This document shows, piece after piece, positions 1 through 10,722 of a stretch of 64,000 nt of DNA (positions are counted from its first letter, which is position 1; each line of letters opens with the position of its first letter). Made by a program: the position numbers and the translations under genes. The notes beneath the pieces are model-generated. The model was given only the letters and a program-made list of their open reading frames with translations. It did no database searches and had not been told where the DNA came from. Where the stretch lies: contig JAKLDR010000001.1 of assembly GCA_022703445.1 (NCBI GenBank), forward strand, positions 107,846 to 171,845, given 5' to 3'. This stretch comes from Planctomycetota bacterium (GTDB lineage: Bacteria; Planctomycetota; SZUA-567; JAKLDR01).

Positions 1-995
1 GGCAGGACGCAGGCGTCGGCGGCGCGCAGCCACTCCGACGGCGCGGGGCTGTTCCAGTCGTAGCCGCCCGTCCAGGCCACGCGCCCGGCGATGCCCAGCC
101 CGGCGGCCAGCTCGCGCATGGCCCCGAGGTGGGCCGGCCCCGCGGTGGGGTGCACGCCTCCGGCCACGGCCAGGCGGGCCTCGGGGCGGTCCGCGGTCAG
201 CAGCTTCATGGCCCGCAGGAGCGTCTCCAGGCCCTTGCCGGGATAGACGAAGCCGAAGTGGACGAAGAGGAAGTCGCCGGGGCCGGCTCCCAGGCTCTCG
301 CGCCAGCGGCGGCGCTCGTCGGGCGTAGGGGCGGGGAGCGCGCGGACGGCCGGGCCCGGCGGCACGATCGCCAGCCGGCCGGCCGCGCCCGGCGCGTAGG
401 CGGCGAAGGCCGCGCGCTGCGCCTCGGACATGACCACGATCCGGTCGCTGGCTTCGAGGATCGACCCGAACCGGCCGTCGAGCCGCCCGAGGCTCAGCGC
501 GCGCATCAGCCGGGGGATCCGGCCTCCGCCGTGGACCGCGTCCGTCCGGCGGACGGGTCCGGCTCCGGCCGCCGCTCCGGCCGCGGGGAGCTTCCGGGTC
601 CTCGTCCCCGCCGGCCGCAGCCAGGAGTAGAGGCTCGCGCCGCTGCACCCGGTGAGGCAGGTGACCGTGCGCACCCCGGGCACGAGCGCGCGGGCCAGGG
701 CCGGCGCCATGGTGACCATGGGGTGCTCGCCGTAGACCCACCCCAGGTAGTGGAGCAGCAGGGCATCCGGCCGGGACTTCCGCAGGAAGGAGGCCAGGCG
801 GGGCAGATCCCGCCAGGTCCAGTCGCGCATCCGCGGCTCGACGGTCAGCCCGGGGATGCCGGGGTCGGCGCACCCGCGGCCGGACAGCGCCCGGACCTCG
901 GCGCCGCCGGCGGCCAGGGCCTCGGCCAGGCGCAGGGCGTGCTCCGACTCGGGCTCGCAGCCCGGCGGCAGCGCGGCGATCAGGGCGAGCTTCAT
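1..995 (-). CDS. Probable glycosyltransferase (GT4/group 1-like). Partial: start codon at 995, C-terminus runs off the window start.
   Basis: Reverse-strand translation from the ATG at 993-995 gives MKLALIAALPPGCEPESEHALRLAEALAAGGAEV... The in-frame continuation reads ...DRIVVMSEAQRAAF...FGFVYPGKGLETLL. Composition is normal. The plus-strand ORF 129..1370 is an R/G-rich artefact. It is absent from the ORF track because no stop lies in the window. Confidence 0.5.
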   Translation of the reverse strand, partial: MKLALIAALPPGCEPESEHALRLAEALAAGGAEVRALSGRGCADPGIPGLTVEPRMRDWTWRDLPRLASFLRKSRPDALLLHYLGWVYGEHPMVTMAPALARALVPGVRTVTCLTGCSGASLYSWLRPAGTRTRKLPAAGAAAGAGPVRRTDAVHGGGRIPRLMRALSLGRLDGRFGSILEASDRIVVMSEAQRAAFAAYAPGAAGRLAIVPPGPAVRALPAPTPDERRRWRESLGAGPGDFLFVHFGFVYPGKGLETLLRAMKLLTADRPEARLAVAGGVHPTAGPAHLGAMRELAAGLGIAGRVAWTGGYDWNSPAPSEWLRAADACVL

Positions 996-1042
996 CGGCC
1001 TGTCTCCAGGGCTCATCCGCGGACACCGGCGACGGCGAGCGG

Positions 1043-2008
1043 TTACCTGCCAGTACCTGGCGCCAGTTCCGGCATGCTGGGTATCTCCGGGAGCGTATTG
1101 TACCTGGGGTCCTTGGAGTTTTCCGACCACCATGCCTTGGCCTTCACGGCCGCCGCCTCGACGAACTCCTCGGGCTTCTTGGCGGCATCGGCCCCAAAGT
1201 CCTGCTTGACGAGTTTCTGCAGAGCAACGAGGGCCAGCGCCAGCGTCTCGCGGTGGGCCTTTTGGGCATGCTCGATGTCCTGGGGCGTCATTTCCCGACC
1301 GGGGGCAACGGGCTGCGGGGAGGGCCGGGACTTGATCACATCCATCAGCAGTCTGGCGGACCAAGCGTAACCCAGGTCGGCAGTGAGAAGCGCCTCGCGG
1401 GGAAAGTTGGCGCGCATCTTGTAGATCCGGGCAACCCAGGCCTTGCAGAAGGGCTCGGCCATTAGGGGGTCGATGGGAAAGCCAAGACGGCGCCGTTCCT
1501 GAGCAAAATTCATCACACGCCCCCCCAGGGCGTCCGTCTCGGCATTCTTCTCGGCGAAGATGCGCTTGAGCAACTCGTCGTCGTTCGTGCGCACCAGAGC
1601 CTTCATGAGAGCAGGGAACAGCTTCTCATTGTCAAGCAGCGGGCGGATGACTTTTTCGTCGGCGGGGGTCTCTACCAGCCTGACAATTTCCATGGAAAGG
1701 TTGCCCCATAGCTCGGTGCCATTGCGTGTCTTGGCCAGCTCAACAAAGAACGCAAGCTGGTCGGGACGGCCTGCTTGCCCCAAGACCGTCCAAGCCTTTG
1801 TTTGTAGCAGGCCGGACTTGGGAGCAGATGCAACCCTCCGCAATAATTCCACGTCCAGCGCAGGAAGCGTCTTCTCAGCGCGGAAGAAATAAGCCTGCCA
1901 CATGGCCTCCACGTACTGCTCGTCCTGCGGCGAGACGCCGGCAGGTTCCCCGGCGACAGCAACTGCCATCACCAGTACCCCCGCTACCGAGACGACGATG
2001 CGATGCAT
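1043..2008 (-). CDS. Hypothetical secreted all-alpha protein with a signal peptide, in a lower-GC patch.
   Basis: 321 aa with a balanced K/E/F/Y composition. N-terminal hydrophobic signal MHRIVVSVAGVLVMAVAVAG. Local GC is about 55% against a background of about 70%. Confidence 0.55.
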   Translation of the reverse strand: MHRIVVSVAGVLVMAVAVAGEPAGVSPQDEQYVEAMWQAYFFRAEKTLPALDVELLRRVASAPKSGLLQTKAWTVLGQAGRPDQLAFFVELAKTRNGTELWGNLSMEIVRLVETPADEKVIRPLLDNEKLFPALMKALVRTNDDELLKRIFAEKNAETDALGGRVMNFAQERRRLGFPIDPLMAEPFCKAWVARIYKMRANFPREALLTADLGYAWSARLLMDVIKSRPSPQPVAPGREMTPQDIEHAQKAHRETLALALVALQKLVKQDFGADAAKKPEEFVEAAAVKAKAWWSENSKDPRYNTLPEIPSMPELAPGTGR

Positions 2009-2232
2009 GGTCCTTCCCCTATGGCTTCGTGGTTGTCTCCAGCGAGAAGCGCCTGGCCGCCTCTGCGCCGCGAGTCGCCAGGCTCTCGATGGAGCTTTCC
2101 ATGTCCGTGCCCTTCAGGCTGGAGAGAGTTTCGCGGTTCATGGCCGCGTCCTCCGAGAAGCAGGCGCCGGCCACCAGCCAGTCGAGAACCGCGCTCCGTT
2201 CGGACGCCGGCCGGCTGGCCAGCCAGTCATCA

Positions 2233-3162
2233 CTATGGGCGGTCGGAAAGCAACGTGGTCTCAAAGTGGACGCATGCATCCTTCAGACGAGCGTTATTCC
2301 AGCGACCATCCCGCAGGAGTCTAGCCATTCCTTCCTCGGCGCCCCTTAGAGCTCGTAGTTCCTCGGAGTATCTATGCAGTCCGTCTACACCCGTCGTATC
2401 AATCACGCCCGCCGACAGCAGCCTGGCGGTTACACACTGAAACGCGACGGAGAGCGGCCTCTTGCTCCCCCAGGCCGTCCACAAGGATTTGGGATCGGAA
2501 GACTCTGCGAGCATCGTGCACGTTTCAACACCGATCATCGTACTCGTTGGCCCCGGCATTCGGTACAACGCGTTTCGCCCCCCTGTAGCCGGCGATGCGT
2601 TCTGAGCCAGGCCCGTAAAGTCCTCCGGCTCAAGAGAAAACAGCATCTTCTCGCGCACCTCAGGCCGGAACGAGCGCAGCCAGTTCCAGTATGCGTTCAG
2701 GATCGCGTCCTCCGGCTGGGCGTCATCCGGAAGGCGCCCGCGATCCCAAAAGAAGCACCGCGGGGCCGCCCAGCGGAAGTGTGCGATTGCGGCATCGTCG
2801 CTTATGGTCGGGTGCTTCCCATCCACGATCTGCACAAGGAGGAGAAGGTCTGGCGACACCTTGGTGGATTGCACCCCGCACAACACGCGCGATCCCTTCC
2901 TCCACGCGAATCTGTTGATGCCAAACGCATAGGAAATCAGAACCCCCTGCTTGGACAGATCCGATTGCCGGTCAACTGCCTCCAGGAACATCCTCGGACC
3001 GTATCCGGGACGGGAGAGCAATCCCACGTATGCGTTGACGTCCTCGTCGGAGGGCCGCAACGACAGGAGAATGGCCGGGTAGAGATACCACCCAGCCAGC
3101 GCCAGGATCACAGCCAGCACGCCGGACACGGCACACCAACGCACGGTACGCCCTGATGTCAT
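2233..3162 (-). CDS. Hypothetical membrane-anchored protein. The internal Met start is preferred over the ORF-track start at 3447.
   Basis: From MTSGRTVRWCAVSGVLAVILALAGWYLYP... there is an N-terminal TM helix and normal composition. The upstream 95 codons are R/G-rich and overlap the radical SAM gene. Lower-GC patch. Confidence 0.5.
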   Translation of the reverse strand: MTSGRTVRWCAVSGVLAVILALAGWYLYPAILLSLRPSDEDVNAYVGLLSRPGYGPRMFLEAVDRQSDLSKQGVLISYAFGINRFAWRKGSRVLCGVQSTKVSPDLLLLVQIVDGKHPTISDDAAIAHFRWAAPRCFFWDRGRLPDDAQPEDAILNAYWNWLRSFRPEVREKMLFSLEPEDFTGLAQNASPATGGRNALYRMPGPTSTMIGVETCTMLAESSDPKSLWTAWGSKRPLSVAFQCVTARLLSAGVIDTTGVDGLHRYSEELRALRGAEEGMARLLRDGRWNNARLKDACVHFETTLLSDRP

Positions 3163-3227
3163 GGCTTGGCCTTCTTGGCGTAGGGTAGCAGCAACGGGCG
3201 CCGATACTATCCCAGCCCGCCGCGTGG

Positions 3228-4292
3228 TCAAGAGCGCCGGCTCCAATAAGTCCGCCCCGAGCGCTCCGCTGGGACGGCGCGGCCCGCGGCGGCCAGTTCG
3301 GCGAGCAGTCGCCGGGCCTCGGCGGCCGGAATGGCCAGCCCGGCGGCCACGTCGTCCTCGGTGGACGGGTGGCGGCCGATCAGCGCCAGGACCTCCTCCA
3401 GCGCCGAGGACGACCGGTCTTGCCGCAAAGAGGCGCAAGAAGCACAAGGGGCTTGGGTTGACGGCTCCTCCAGTCCCTTTTGCGCCCCTTGCCCTTCGGC
3501 CTTGCTCAGGGCTTGGGCCGTGAGCTTGTCGAACGGCGCCTCTCTGCGGCCGCCCCCGTCTCCGGCCCGCGGCGTCTCGGCGATGACCTCGGCCGGCGGG
3601 TCGAAGAGCCGGGCCAGCTCGGCCAGACGCTCCGGCGGCACGGGGCGCACCGAGCTCTCCGCCGGCGGGCGGACCGCGGTGTTGAGCTGGACGCGGTCGG
3701 GACGGATGCGCCCGGCGAGCGCGGCGATGCGCCGGACCTCGTCCTCGGAGTCGTTGACCCCGGCCACGAGCATCACCTCGAGCCAGAGCTGTCCGCGGAA
3801 CCGGCCCCGGAAGGCGACCAGCCCGTCGACCATCCGCCGGAAGTCCAGCGACCCGTGCGGCCGGTTGACCCGCCGCCAGACCTCCTCGGACCCGGCCACC
3901 AGCGTGGGCGAAACCAGGTCGGCGCCCGCGCAGGCCGCGGCCGTCTCCTCGCGCCAGAGCAGCGAGCCGTTGGTGATCACCGCGACGGGCACGCCGAACT
4001 GCCGCAGCCCGGCCAGCACCTCGCCCAGGCGCGGGTGCAGCGTGGGCTCGCCGGAGCCGGCCAGGGTGATCCAGTCGGGGCGCGGCCCGGAGGCCAGCCG
4101 CTCGCGGACCTCGGCGACGATCGTCTCGGGAGCCACGGCCTCCGGGGCGGCGGAGCAGTGCAGCGAGGTGCGGCCCAGCTGGCAGTAGACGCAGTCGTAG
4201 CTGCAGGTCTTGAAGTCGATCAGGTCGACGCCCAGGGACGCGCCCAGGCGCCGGGAAGGCACGGGGCCGAAGACGTGGCGGTCGGGGGACAC
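3228..4292 (-). CDS. Radical SAM protein with a C-terminal winged-helix-like tail.
   Basis: CxxxCxxC motif in CSYDCVYCQ near the N-terminus (MSPDRHVFGPVPSRRLGASLGVDLIDFKTCSYDCVYC). 354 aa. Confidence 0.8.
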   Translation of the reverse strand: MSPDRHVFGPVPSRRLGASLGVDLIDFKTCSYDCVYCQLGRTSLHCSAAPEAVAPETIVAEVRERLASGPRPDWITLAGSGEPTLHPRLGEVLAGLRQFGVPVAVITNGSLLWREETAAACAGADLVSPTLVAGSEEVWRRVNRPHGSLDFRRMVDGLVAFRGRFRGQLWLEVMLVAGVNDSEDEVRRIAALAGRIRPDRVQLNTAVRPPAESSVRPVPPERLAELARLFDPPAEVIAETPRAGDGGGRREAPFDKLTAQALSKAEGQGAQKGLEEPSTQAPCASCASLRQDRSSSALEEVLALIGRHPSTEDDVAAGLAIPAAEARRLLAELAAAGRAVPAERSGRTYWSRRS

Positions 4293-4302
4293 TGCCGCGG
4301 AC

Positions 4303-4553
4303 TCAGCCCCGTCCGGCGTTCGGGTCGCGAGGCGGGGGTTTCCTGCCGGGCGTCGCCGCCGACCGGGAGCGCAGGATCGTCCGGCGCGCTCCGGCCTTGT
4401 TGGCGGACCGGGCGGAGATCATCTGATAGCCGCCCCAGAGGCATAGGATCAGGCCCAGCCCGGCCAGGGCCAGGCTGCTGCCGGTGCCGCGCAGGGCCAG
4501 GCTGCCGCTGAGCCCGCCGATGATGAAGACAATCCCGATGATCAGGTTCCACA
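4303..4553 (-). CDS. Small membrane protein of about 83 aa (internal start of ORF 4303..4950).
   Basis: MWNLIIGIVFIIGGLSGSLALRGTGSSLALAGLGLILCLWGGYQMI has two TM helices. The upstream part of the ORF is R/G/P-rich artefact. Confidence 0.4.
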
Positions 4554-4663
4554 TCCGGCACGCTCCATTCCATCCGAACGGCCGGGACAACCACCGGCCG
4601 CCGACGGTTCCGATTCTAGCGGCAGGCCGCGAAAGCGCCAGGGGTCCCCGGAGCTGAATCGCC

Positions 4664-4747
4664 ATCGTTCTCGTTCTCAGCGAGGCGGAGCCGAGCGGTC
4701 CTCGTTCTCGGACTCCGAGTTCACCCGGGGGCGAGAACGAGAACGAT
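4664..4747. repeat. 15-bp perfect inverted repeat (atcgttctcgttctc / gagaacgagaacgat) with a 54-nt spacer, inside a 740-bp non-coding divergent intergenic region.
   Basis: Arms at 4664-4678 and 4733-4747. A third direct copy of cgttctcg lies at about 4702. No credible ORF on either strand across 4555-5292. Confidence 0.6.
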
Positions 4748-5292
4748 AGCCAGAAGACGGCGCCGAAGGACTGAAAAGCCCCGGTGAGCTGCCGGTGGGA
4801 AATCAGTTGACTCATCCCCACCTTCAGTGGTGTTGGGATGGCGGCCCGGTCCAGCGCGGGGGGCAGCCCAGGGCTACCGTTCGCGGGCATCCCTGCCCGC
4901 TCACTGCGTGGGAAAACGCCTTCGGCCTCCTCGCCTTCGTCGTTTTCCAACGCCGCCCCGGGCTGCCCCCCCGCACTGGACCTCCGTCATCCGGCCGTCG
5001 TGGGTCCGGTGTACGGGGTGGCCGGGCTCGGCGTCGAAGATGCCCGGAGCCAGGGAAGGCGGCAGGGCAGCTTCGTCGCAGCTCGGAGGGCAGGATGCCC
5101 TCCGAGCGGTAGAGACCGGTCCACCCCGTGCGCCGGACCCTCCCCATACAGCCACTCCTCGGAAAGTGGGGATGATTCAAAGAAATCATCCCTTGCGCCA
5201 TCCGCCGCAGGGGGGAGAATCCGGCCGTCCGGGTGGGAGCGCCGGCTTTGCCCCGGTTCTCCGCCCGGCAAGGCGCCGGGAGGGTATCTGTC

Positions 5293-6240
5293 ATGTGGCG
5301 AATCTGGCTGGGCATGGCCGTGGTCGGCGTGATTGTCCTGGTCTACGGGTTCAACGAGGCGCGGGTCAGCTTCGGAGCCTCCTCCAAGCCGCAGGAGGTG
5401 GCCCTGGCCGACCTCGAGGCCGGCAAGGCCGTCGACAACACCCACCTGCTGATCGGCAAGCACGTGGCCATCTTCACCGAGACCATCTTCCAGTACGAAG
5501 TCCGCAAGCACGGCCCCAGTACCGTCACCCCGAGCACCAGGGTCGACTTCGCCTACTACCCGATCATCTCCCCGGACCATCCCTATGTCCGCAAGTGCGA
5601 CGAGGTGCTCAAGAAGTACGGCGGCCCGGACAAGGTCCCCGAGAAGGAGTGGCCCTCGATCGGCAGCTTCGCGGTGCTGGTCAAGACCTCCGGCTTTGCC
5701 ACGGTCGGGAACATCCCGACCTCCGACGCGAAGTACGATCGGGTCCAGGGAACGGTCATCAACCGCATCAAGAAGCTCGAGGGCCAGGAGGCCGAGCTGC
5801 TTCACGGCAGCTTCCCGCAGGTCAACCTCGACAAAGTCCTGATCCTGGAGAGCGGCCGCACTCCCACCTCGATACTGCTGGCGCTGATGATCATGATCGT
5901 CGGCCTGGGCATCACCGGGGCGGCCGGGGCTATCCCCTGGTATCTGGCCAGGTCGAAGCGCGAGGAGGAACGGCGCTCCGCCGAGCGTCGGCAGGCCAGG
6001 CTGGACCAGGCCCGGGCCAGGGCACGCGAGGTGGCCGCGGCCGGTCAGGAGCCGGCGGCGGCCGGCGAGGAAGCCGGCGAGCCGCCGGCTGACGGGCCCG
6101 AGGTCTCCGGCGGCGCTGCCGCCCAGCCCGGCGCCCAGGTCCGGCGCGGGGTCATCCGGCCGATGGGCGGCGCCGGGGCCGCCGGCGGGGCCAAACCGCC
6201 ATTCCGCCCGGGCCAGATCCGCCGCCGCCCGCCGACCTAG
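5293..6240 (+). CDS. Hypothetical membrane protein with N-terminal and central TM helices and an Ala/Gly/Pro-rich C-terminal tail.
   Basis: MWRIWLGMAVVGVIVLVYGF... has balanced composition (K, E, I, Y, F). A second TM helix is ILLALMIMIVGLGITGAAGAIPWYL. Confidence 0.6.
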   Translation: MWRIWLGMAVVGVIVLVYGFNEARVSFGASSKPQEVALADLEAGKAVDNTHLLIGKHVAIFTETIFQYEVRKHGPSTVTPSTRVDFAYYPIISPDHPYVRKCDEVLKKYGGPDKVPEKEWPSIGSFAVLVKTSGFATVGNIPTSDAKYDRVQGTVINRIKKLEGQEAELLHGSFPQVNLDKVLILESGRTPTSILLALMIMIVGLGITGAAGAIPWYLARSKREEERRSAERRQARLDQARARAREVAAAGQEPAAAGEEAGEPPADGPEVSGGAAAQPGAQVRRGVIRPMGGAGAAGGAKPPFRPGQIRRRPPT

Positions 6241-6279
6241 GATGTGGGAGCTCGCCCGGAGAGCCGGGCGGCGACGTGG

Positions 6280-6693
6280 TCAGGCGCGGAACTGCGCGGA
6301 AGACAGATACGCCGCATAGCCGAGCACGCAGGCGCTGGCCGTGGCCATGGCCCGCGAAAGCAGAAAGCGCCCGGTGAAGGCCCGGGGCGCCCGCATCCTG
6401 ACCAGCCGGCGCCGCACAAGCCAATAGAGGAGCGACAAGGCGGCGAAGCTGACGGCGGTGATGATGCCGTGCTCAGCCGCCACCGGCAGTCCGGCAAAGG
6501 GCAGAAGCCCCATCAGGGCCAGCATCCCCAGAGGCAGCGGCAGGCTGGTGACCTTCCTCATGTCGGCGAAACCGGCGATTATGCGCCGTGCCTCGTCTTC
6601 GGAGAGAGCCGCGAAGGCGCGCCTGCGGACGATCCTGCCGATCAGCCAGAGCCCGAGATAGAGCGCCGCTGCCGCCGCCAGCCCTTCAGGCAT
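6280..6693 (-). CDS. Hypothetical polytopic small membrane protein.
   Basis: 137 aa with three or four hydrophobic helices (LYLGLWLIGRIV, LPLPLGMLALMGLLPFAGLPV, ITAVSFAALSLLYWLV). Confidence 0.5.
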   Translation of the reverse strand: MPEGLAAAAALYLGLWLIGRIVRRRAFAALSEDEARRIIAGFADMRKVTSLPLPLGMLALMGLLPFAGLPVAAEHGIITAVSFAALSLLYWLVRRRLVRMRAPRAFTGRFLLSRAMATASACVLGYAAYLSSAQFRA

Positions 6694-7600
6694 CGGGGCC
6701 GGCCGGCTCCCAGAAGTCCCCCGGCTCCAGCCCGGCGGCCTCGGCCAGGGCGCGGACCGTGACGAAGCGCCCCAGCTGCGGGCCGCGGTGCGCGTCGGAC
6801 CCGGCCGCGAAGCGCACCCCGCACTCCCGGGCCAGGCGCACGAGCTCGGCGTAGCCCACGGCCTCCTCCGTCGACAGGCGGTTGACGGCCGCCTCGTTGA
6901 GCTCGAAGGCCACCGCGCACTCGGCCATGGCCTCGGCCACCGGCGCGAACCGGCGCAGGAAGCCCGGGCCGAAACCCTCGGCCAGCCGGCAGGCGGCCAT
7001 CTCGCAGGCCGGGTGGGCCAGGGCGTCGACCGCGGGGTTGCGGACCACCCGCTCCATCCACCCCAGCCAGCGGTCCTGGGCGGCCGGGCGCTCGTCCTCC
7101 GGGATCAGCGGCCGGTCGAACCAGAACTCCGCGCCTCCGGGCAGGACGTGGGTGGCGGCCAGCACGTACTCGATCCCGGAGAGGTCGGGGAGCATCAGCG
7201 AGCCGTCCAGCGCCACCGGGTCGGCGTCGACCTCGGCGCCCAGCAGGAAGCGGGTGCCGGGGTGGATGGGCCGGCGCGGGTCGAGCTCGCCGGCCACCGC
7301 GGCGACCGTCGAGCGGTCCCCGCGGGCCGAGAGCCAGCGGCCGGGCCGGAGGTAGGCCTCGCTGTCCAGGACCGGCACGTGCTCGAGGATGACCGCCCGG
7401 CGCAGCCCCAGGGCGGCGGCGTGGTGCATCAGCGCCGGCACGAACATCTCCGGGCCGGAGTGGCCGCTGTAGATGGTGTGGATGTGGTGGTCGCAGTCGA
7501 AGGGCGGCTCGGGCGGCGGCGCGCCGGGGTCCGGCTCCGGGAAGCCGCCGGGCGCGGTCCGGGGCGGCACTTCGGGGACCTGCGGGGGCAGATGGCTCAA
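6686..7600 (-). CDS. PHP-domain metal-dependent phosphoesterase.
   Basis: DCDHHIHTIYSGHS (DxHxH) PHP signature, plus later H and D residues. The 34-aa Pro-rich N-terminal extension is doubtful; an in-frame GTG is an alternative start. Confidence 0.75.
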   Translation of the reverse strand: MSHLPPQVPEVPPRTAPGGFPEPDPGAPPPEPPFDCDHHIHTIYSGHSGPEMFVPALMHHAAALGLRRAVILEHVPVLDSEAYLRPGRWLSARGDRSTVAAVAGELDPRRPIHPGTRFLLGAEVDADPVALDGSLMLPDLSGIEYVLAATHVLPGGAEFWFDRPLIPEDERPAAQDRWLGWMERVVRNPAVDALAHPACEMAACRLAEGFGPGFLRRFAPVAEAMAECAVAFELNEAAVNRLSTEEAVGYAELVRLARECGVRFAAGSDAHRGPQLGRFVTVRALAEAAGLEPGDFWEPAGPDA

Positions 7601-7616
7601 GGGGCCGGCCGCACTC

Positions 7617-8780
<1,164 letters not shown>

Positions 8781-9060
8781 CGCCGGCCATTATGCGCGGC
8801 CCCCGCCGGGGGTCAAGGAGACGGGCCCGGGGCATTGACAGACCGGCGCGGGCGCGGCAAGTTGTAGGCGAGCCCCGGGGCGGCGCGAAGCCCGGGGCGC
8901 TTCCTCTCCGGAACGTCCTCTTCCAGACTTATCGGCAGTCGGCCCGGCACTCCGGCGTCGGGGCGCATCGTGCGCCCCGGGCGGGGTCGCGGGGCAGCTT
9001 GCGGTCCGGGGGCCGGGCGGCGGATCGCCGGCCGGTCTCCGGAAGGCGGAGGCGCGGACG

Positions 9061-9678
9061 ATGGCGGCGGGGAAGGCGGGACCGATCGCCCTGCTCGTGG
9101 CCCTGGCGGCCGCCGGCGCCTTCGTCGCCGGCCGGCAGTCGGCCTCCGTCCCGGGCCCGGCGCCGTCGCCGGGAGCCCCGCGGCTGGCCGCGCCGGCCGC
9201 TCCCGCCGCGCCGGTCGCCGTCGAGGCCGCGAACATCCGCGTCTGCTTCTCGCCGCGCGGCGGCTGCACCGACGCGATCGTGGCCGAGCTGGACAAGGCC
9301 CGGGAGTCGGTCCTGATCCAGGCCTACAGCTTCACCAGCGACCGGATCGCCAAGGCCGCCGTCGAGGCCCAGCGGCGCGGCGTCAAGGTCCGGGCGGTGC
9401 TCGACAAGAGCCAGCGCTCCGAGAAGTTCAGCGAGCTCGACTTCCTGGCCCGCGCCGGGATTCCCACCCGGGTCGACAGCCGGCACGCCATCGCCCACAA
9501 CAAGGTCATGGTCATCGACGGCGAGACCGTCATCACCGGCAGCTTCAACTTCACCAAGGCGGCCGAGGAGAGGAACGCCGAGAACCTCCTCATCATCCGC
9601 GACAAGAAGCTGGCGGAGCTCTATGCGGCCAGCTGGCGCGAGCACGAGGAGCACTCCGAAGCCTACGCGGCGAAGTGA
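9061..9678 (+). CDS. Secreted phospholipase D-family endonuclease (Nuc-like).
   Basis: HKD motif HNKVMVIDGETVITGSFNFT. N-terminal signal peptide MAAGKAGPIALLVALAAAGAFVAG. 205 aa with a GGAGG RBS. Confidence 0.85.
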   Translation: MAAGKAGPIALLVALAAAGAFVAGRQSASVPGPAPSPGAPRLAAPAAPAAPVAVEAANIRVCFSPRGGCTDAIVAELDKARESVLIQAYSFTSDRIAKAAVEAQRRGVKVRAVLDKSQRSEKFSELDFLARAGIPTRVDSRHAIAHNKVMVIDGETVITGSFNFTKAAEERNAENLLIIRDKKLAELYAASWREHEEHSEAYAAK

Positions 9679-9850
9679 CGCCGGGGGCGGCGCGAAGATC
9701 GGCTATCGGCTTTCGGCCTTCGGAACAACGCTGACTTAACGTGCCGAAAGCCCAAAGCCGAATGCCGAAAGCCGGCCACGCCGTCCTTTCCGGAAGTATG
9801 GCTTGCACCACTTCCGGGTCCGGCGAGAATGCCGCCCGGAGGATCGCGCC

Positions 9851-10660
9851 ATGCGCCGGACGCTTTCAACCCTCATCCCCCTTGCCGCCGCCTTCGCCCT
9901 GACCTTCTCAGCCGCCGGGTGCCGGAGCCAGCCGTCCGGGCCGGAGCGGGCCGGGCCGCAGCCCCCGCCGACTGGCCAGGCGAACCGGCCGGAGCCGGAC
10001 CGCGCCCCGCCCTACGTCGCGGAAGAGGTGGTGACCCGGGCCCTGACCTCTCCGGGCCGGGCCGCGACCGGCCAGGAGTGCCGGGACTGGATCGCCGGCC
10101 TGGGCGGCAGCAAGGCGGCGGCCGGCAGGCTCGCCGAGCACCTGCGCCGCGGCGGCCCTTCGGTCGACGAGCGGCGGAGGATCGCCGACATCCTGGAGCG
10201 CTGCGACCGGGGCGACGCGGTGCCCGGCCTGGCGCTGCTGGCCGGGGACCTCGAGATGGGCCGGCTATTCCGCAGCGGCATGCTCCACCTGCTGAGCGAC
10301 GCGCACGGCTGCCGCGAGGCCGTGGCCCCGCTGGCGAACGCTCTCAAGACCGACGTGGTGCCGGACGTGCGCGTCCGGGCCGCGTCCGAACTGGCCGCCA
10401 TGTACCTCGACGGGCACGTGAGCGACTCCGGCCCGATCGTCGAGGCCCTGATCGGCGCCCTGGCCGACAAGGACGAGCCGGTGCGCGACTCGGCCGCCTG
10501 GAGCCTGGGCTGCCTGGCCGAGCGCGACCCGGGGCTGATCCCCCGCCTGGAGAAGCTCAAGGAGGGCTCCGACGCCCAGGTCCGCGCCGGCGCCGCCGAG
10601 GCGCTCCGGAACGTGCACGCCGGCAAGGTCCGGCGGCCGGCGGAGGGACAGGAGAAGTAG
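9851..10660 (+). CDS. HEAT-repeat (PBS-lyase-like) lipoprotein.
   Basis: MRRTLSTLIPLAAAFALTFSAAGC is a signal peptide with a lipobox. Repeated DxxVRxxAAxAL units (DVRVRAASELA, DEPVRDSAAWSLG, DAQVRAGAAEAL). Confidence 0.65.
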   Translation: MRRTLSTLIPLAAAFALTFSAAGCRSQPSGPERAGPQPPPTGQANRPEPDRAPPYVAEEVVTRALTSPGRAATGQECRDWIAGLGGSKAAAGRLAEHLRRGGPSVDERRRIADILERCDRGDAVPGLALLAGDLEMGRLFRSGMLHLLSDAHGCREAVAPLANALKTDVVPDVRVRAASELAAMYLDGHVSDSGPIVEALIGALADKDEPVRDSAAWSLGCLAERDPGLIPRLEKLKEGSDAQVRAGAAEALRNVHAGKVRRPAEGQEK

Positions 10661-10722
10661 GATAGGGGGCAGCGGCGTGCCGGATATGGGGACGAAACAG
10701 GTTAGCCCACAAGGAGGCGGTC

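Noticed and set aside
2019-2279. 86-aa minus-strand ORF between two lower-GC genes
   Set aside because: It overlaps the end of the 2233..3162 gene, has no motif support, and is too short to call a gene.
8800-9060. TTGACA hexamer at about 8835 as a promoter for the PLD nuclease gene
   Set aside because: No acceptable -10 element lies at 16-19 nt spacing (the nearest is TTGTAG at 21 nt), so it was not reported as a feature.
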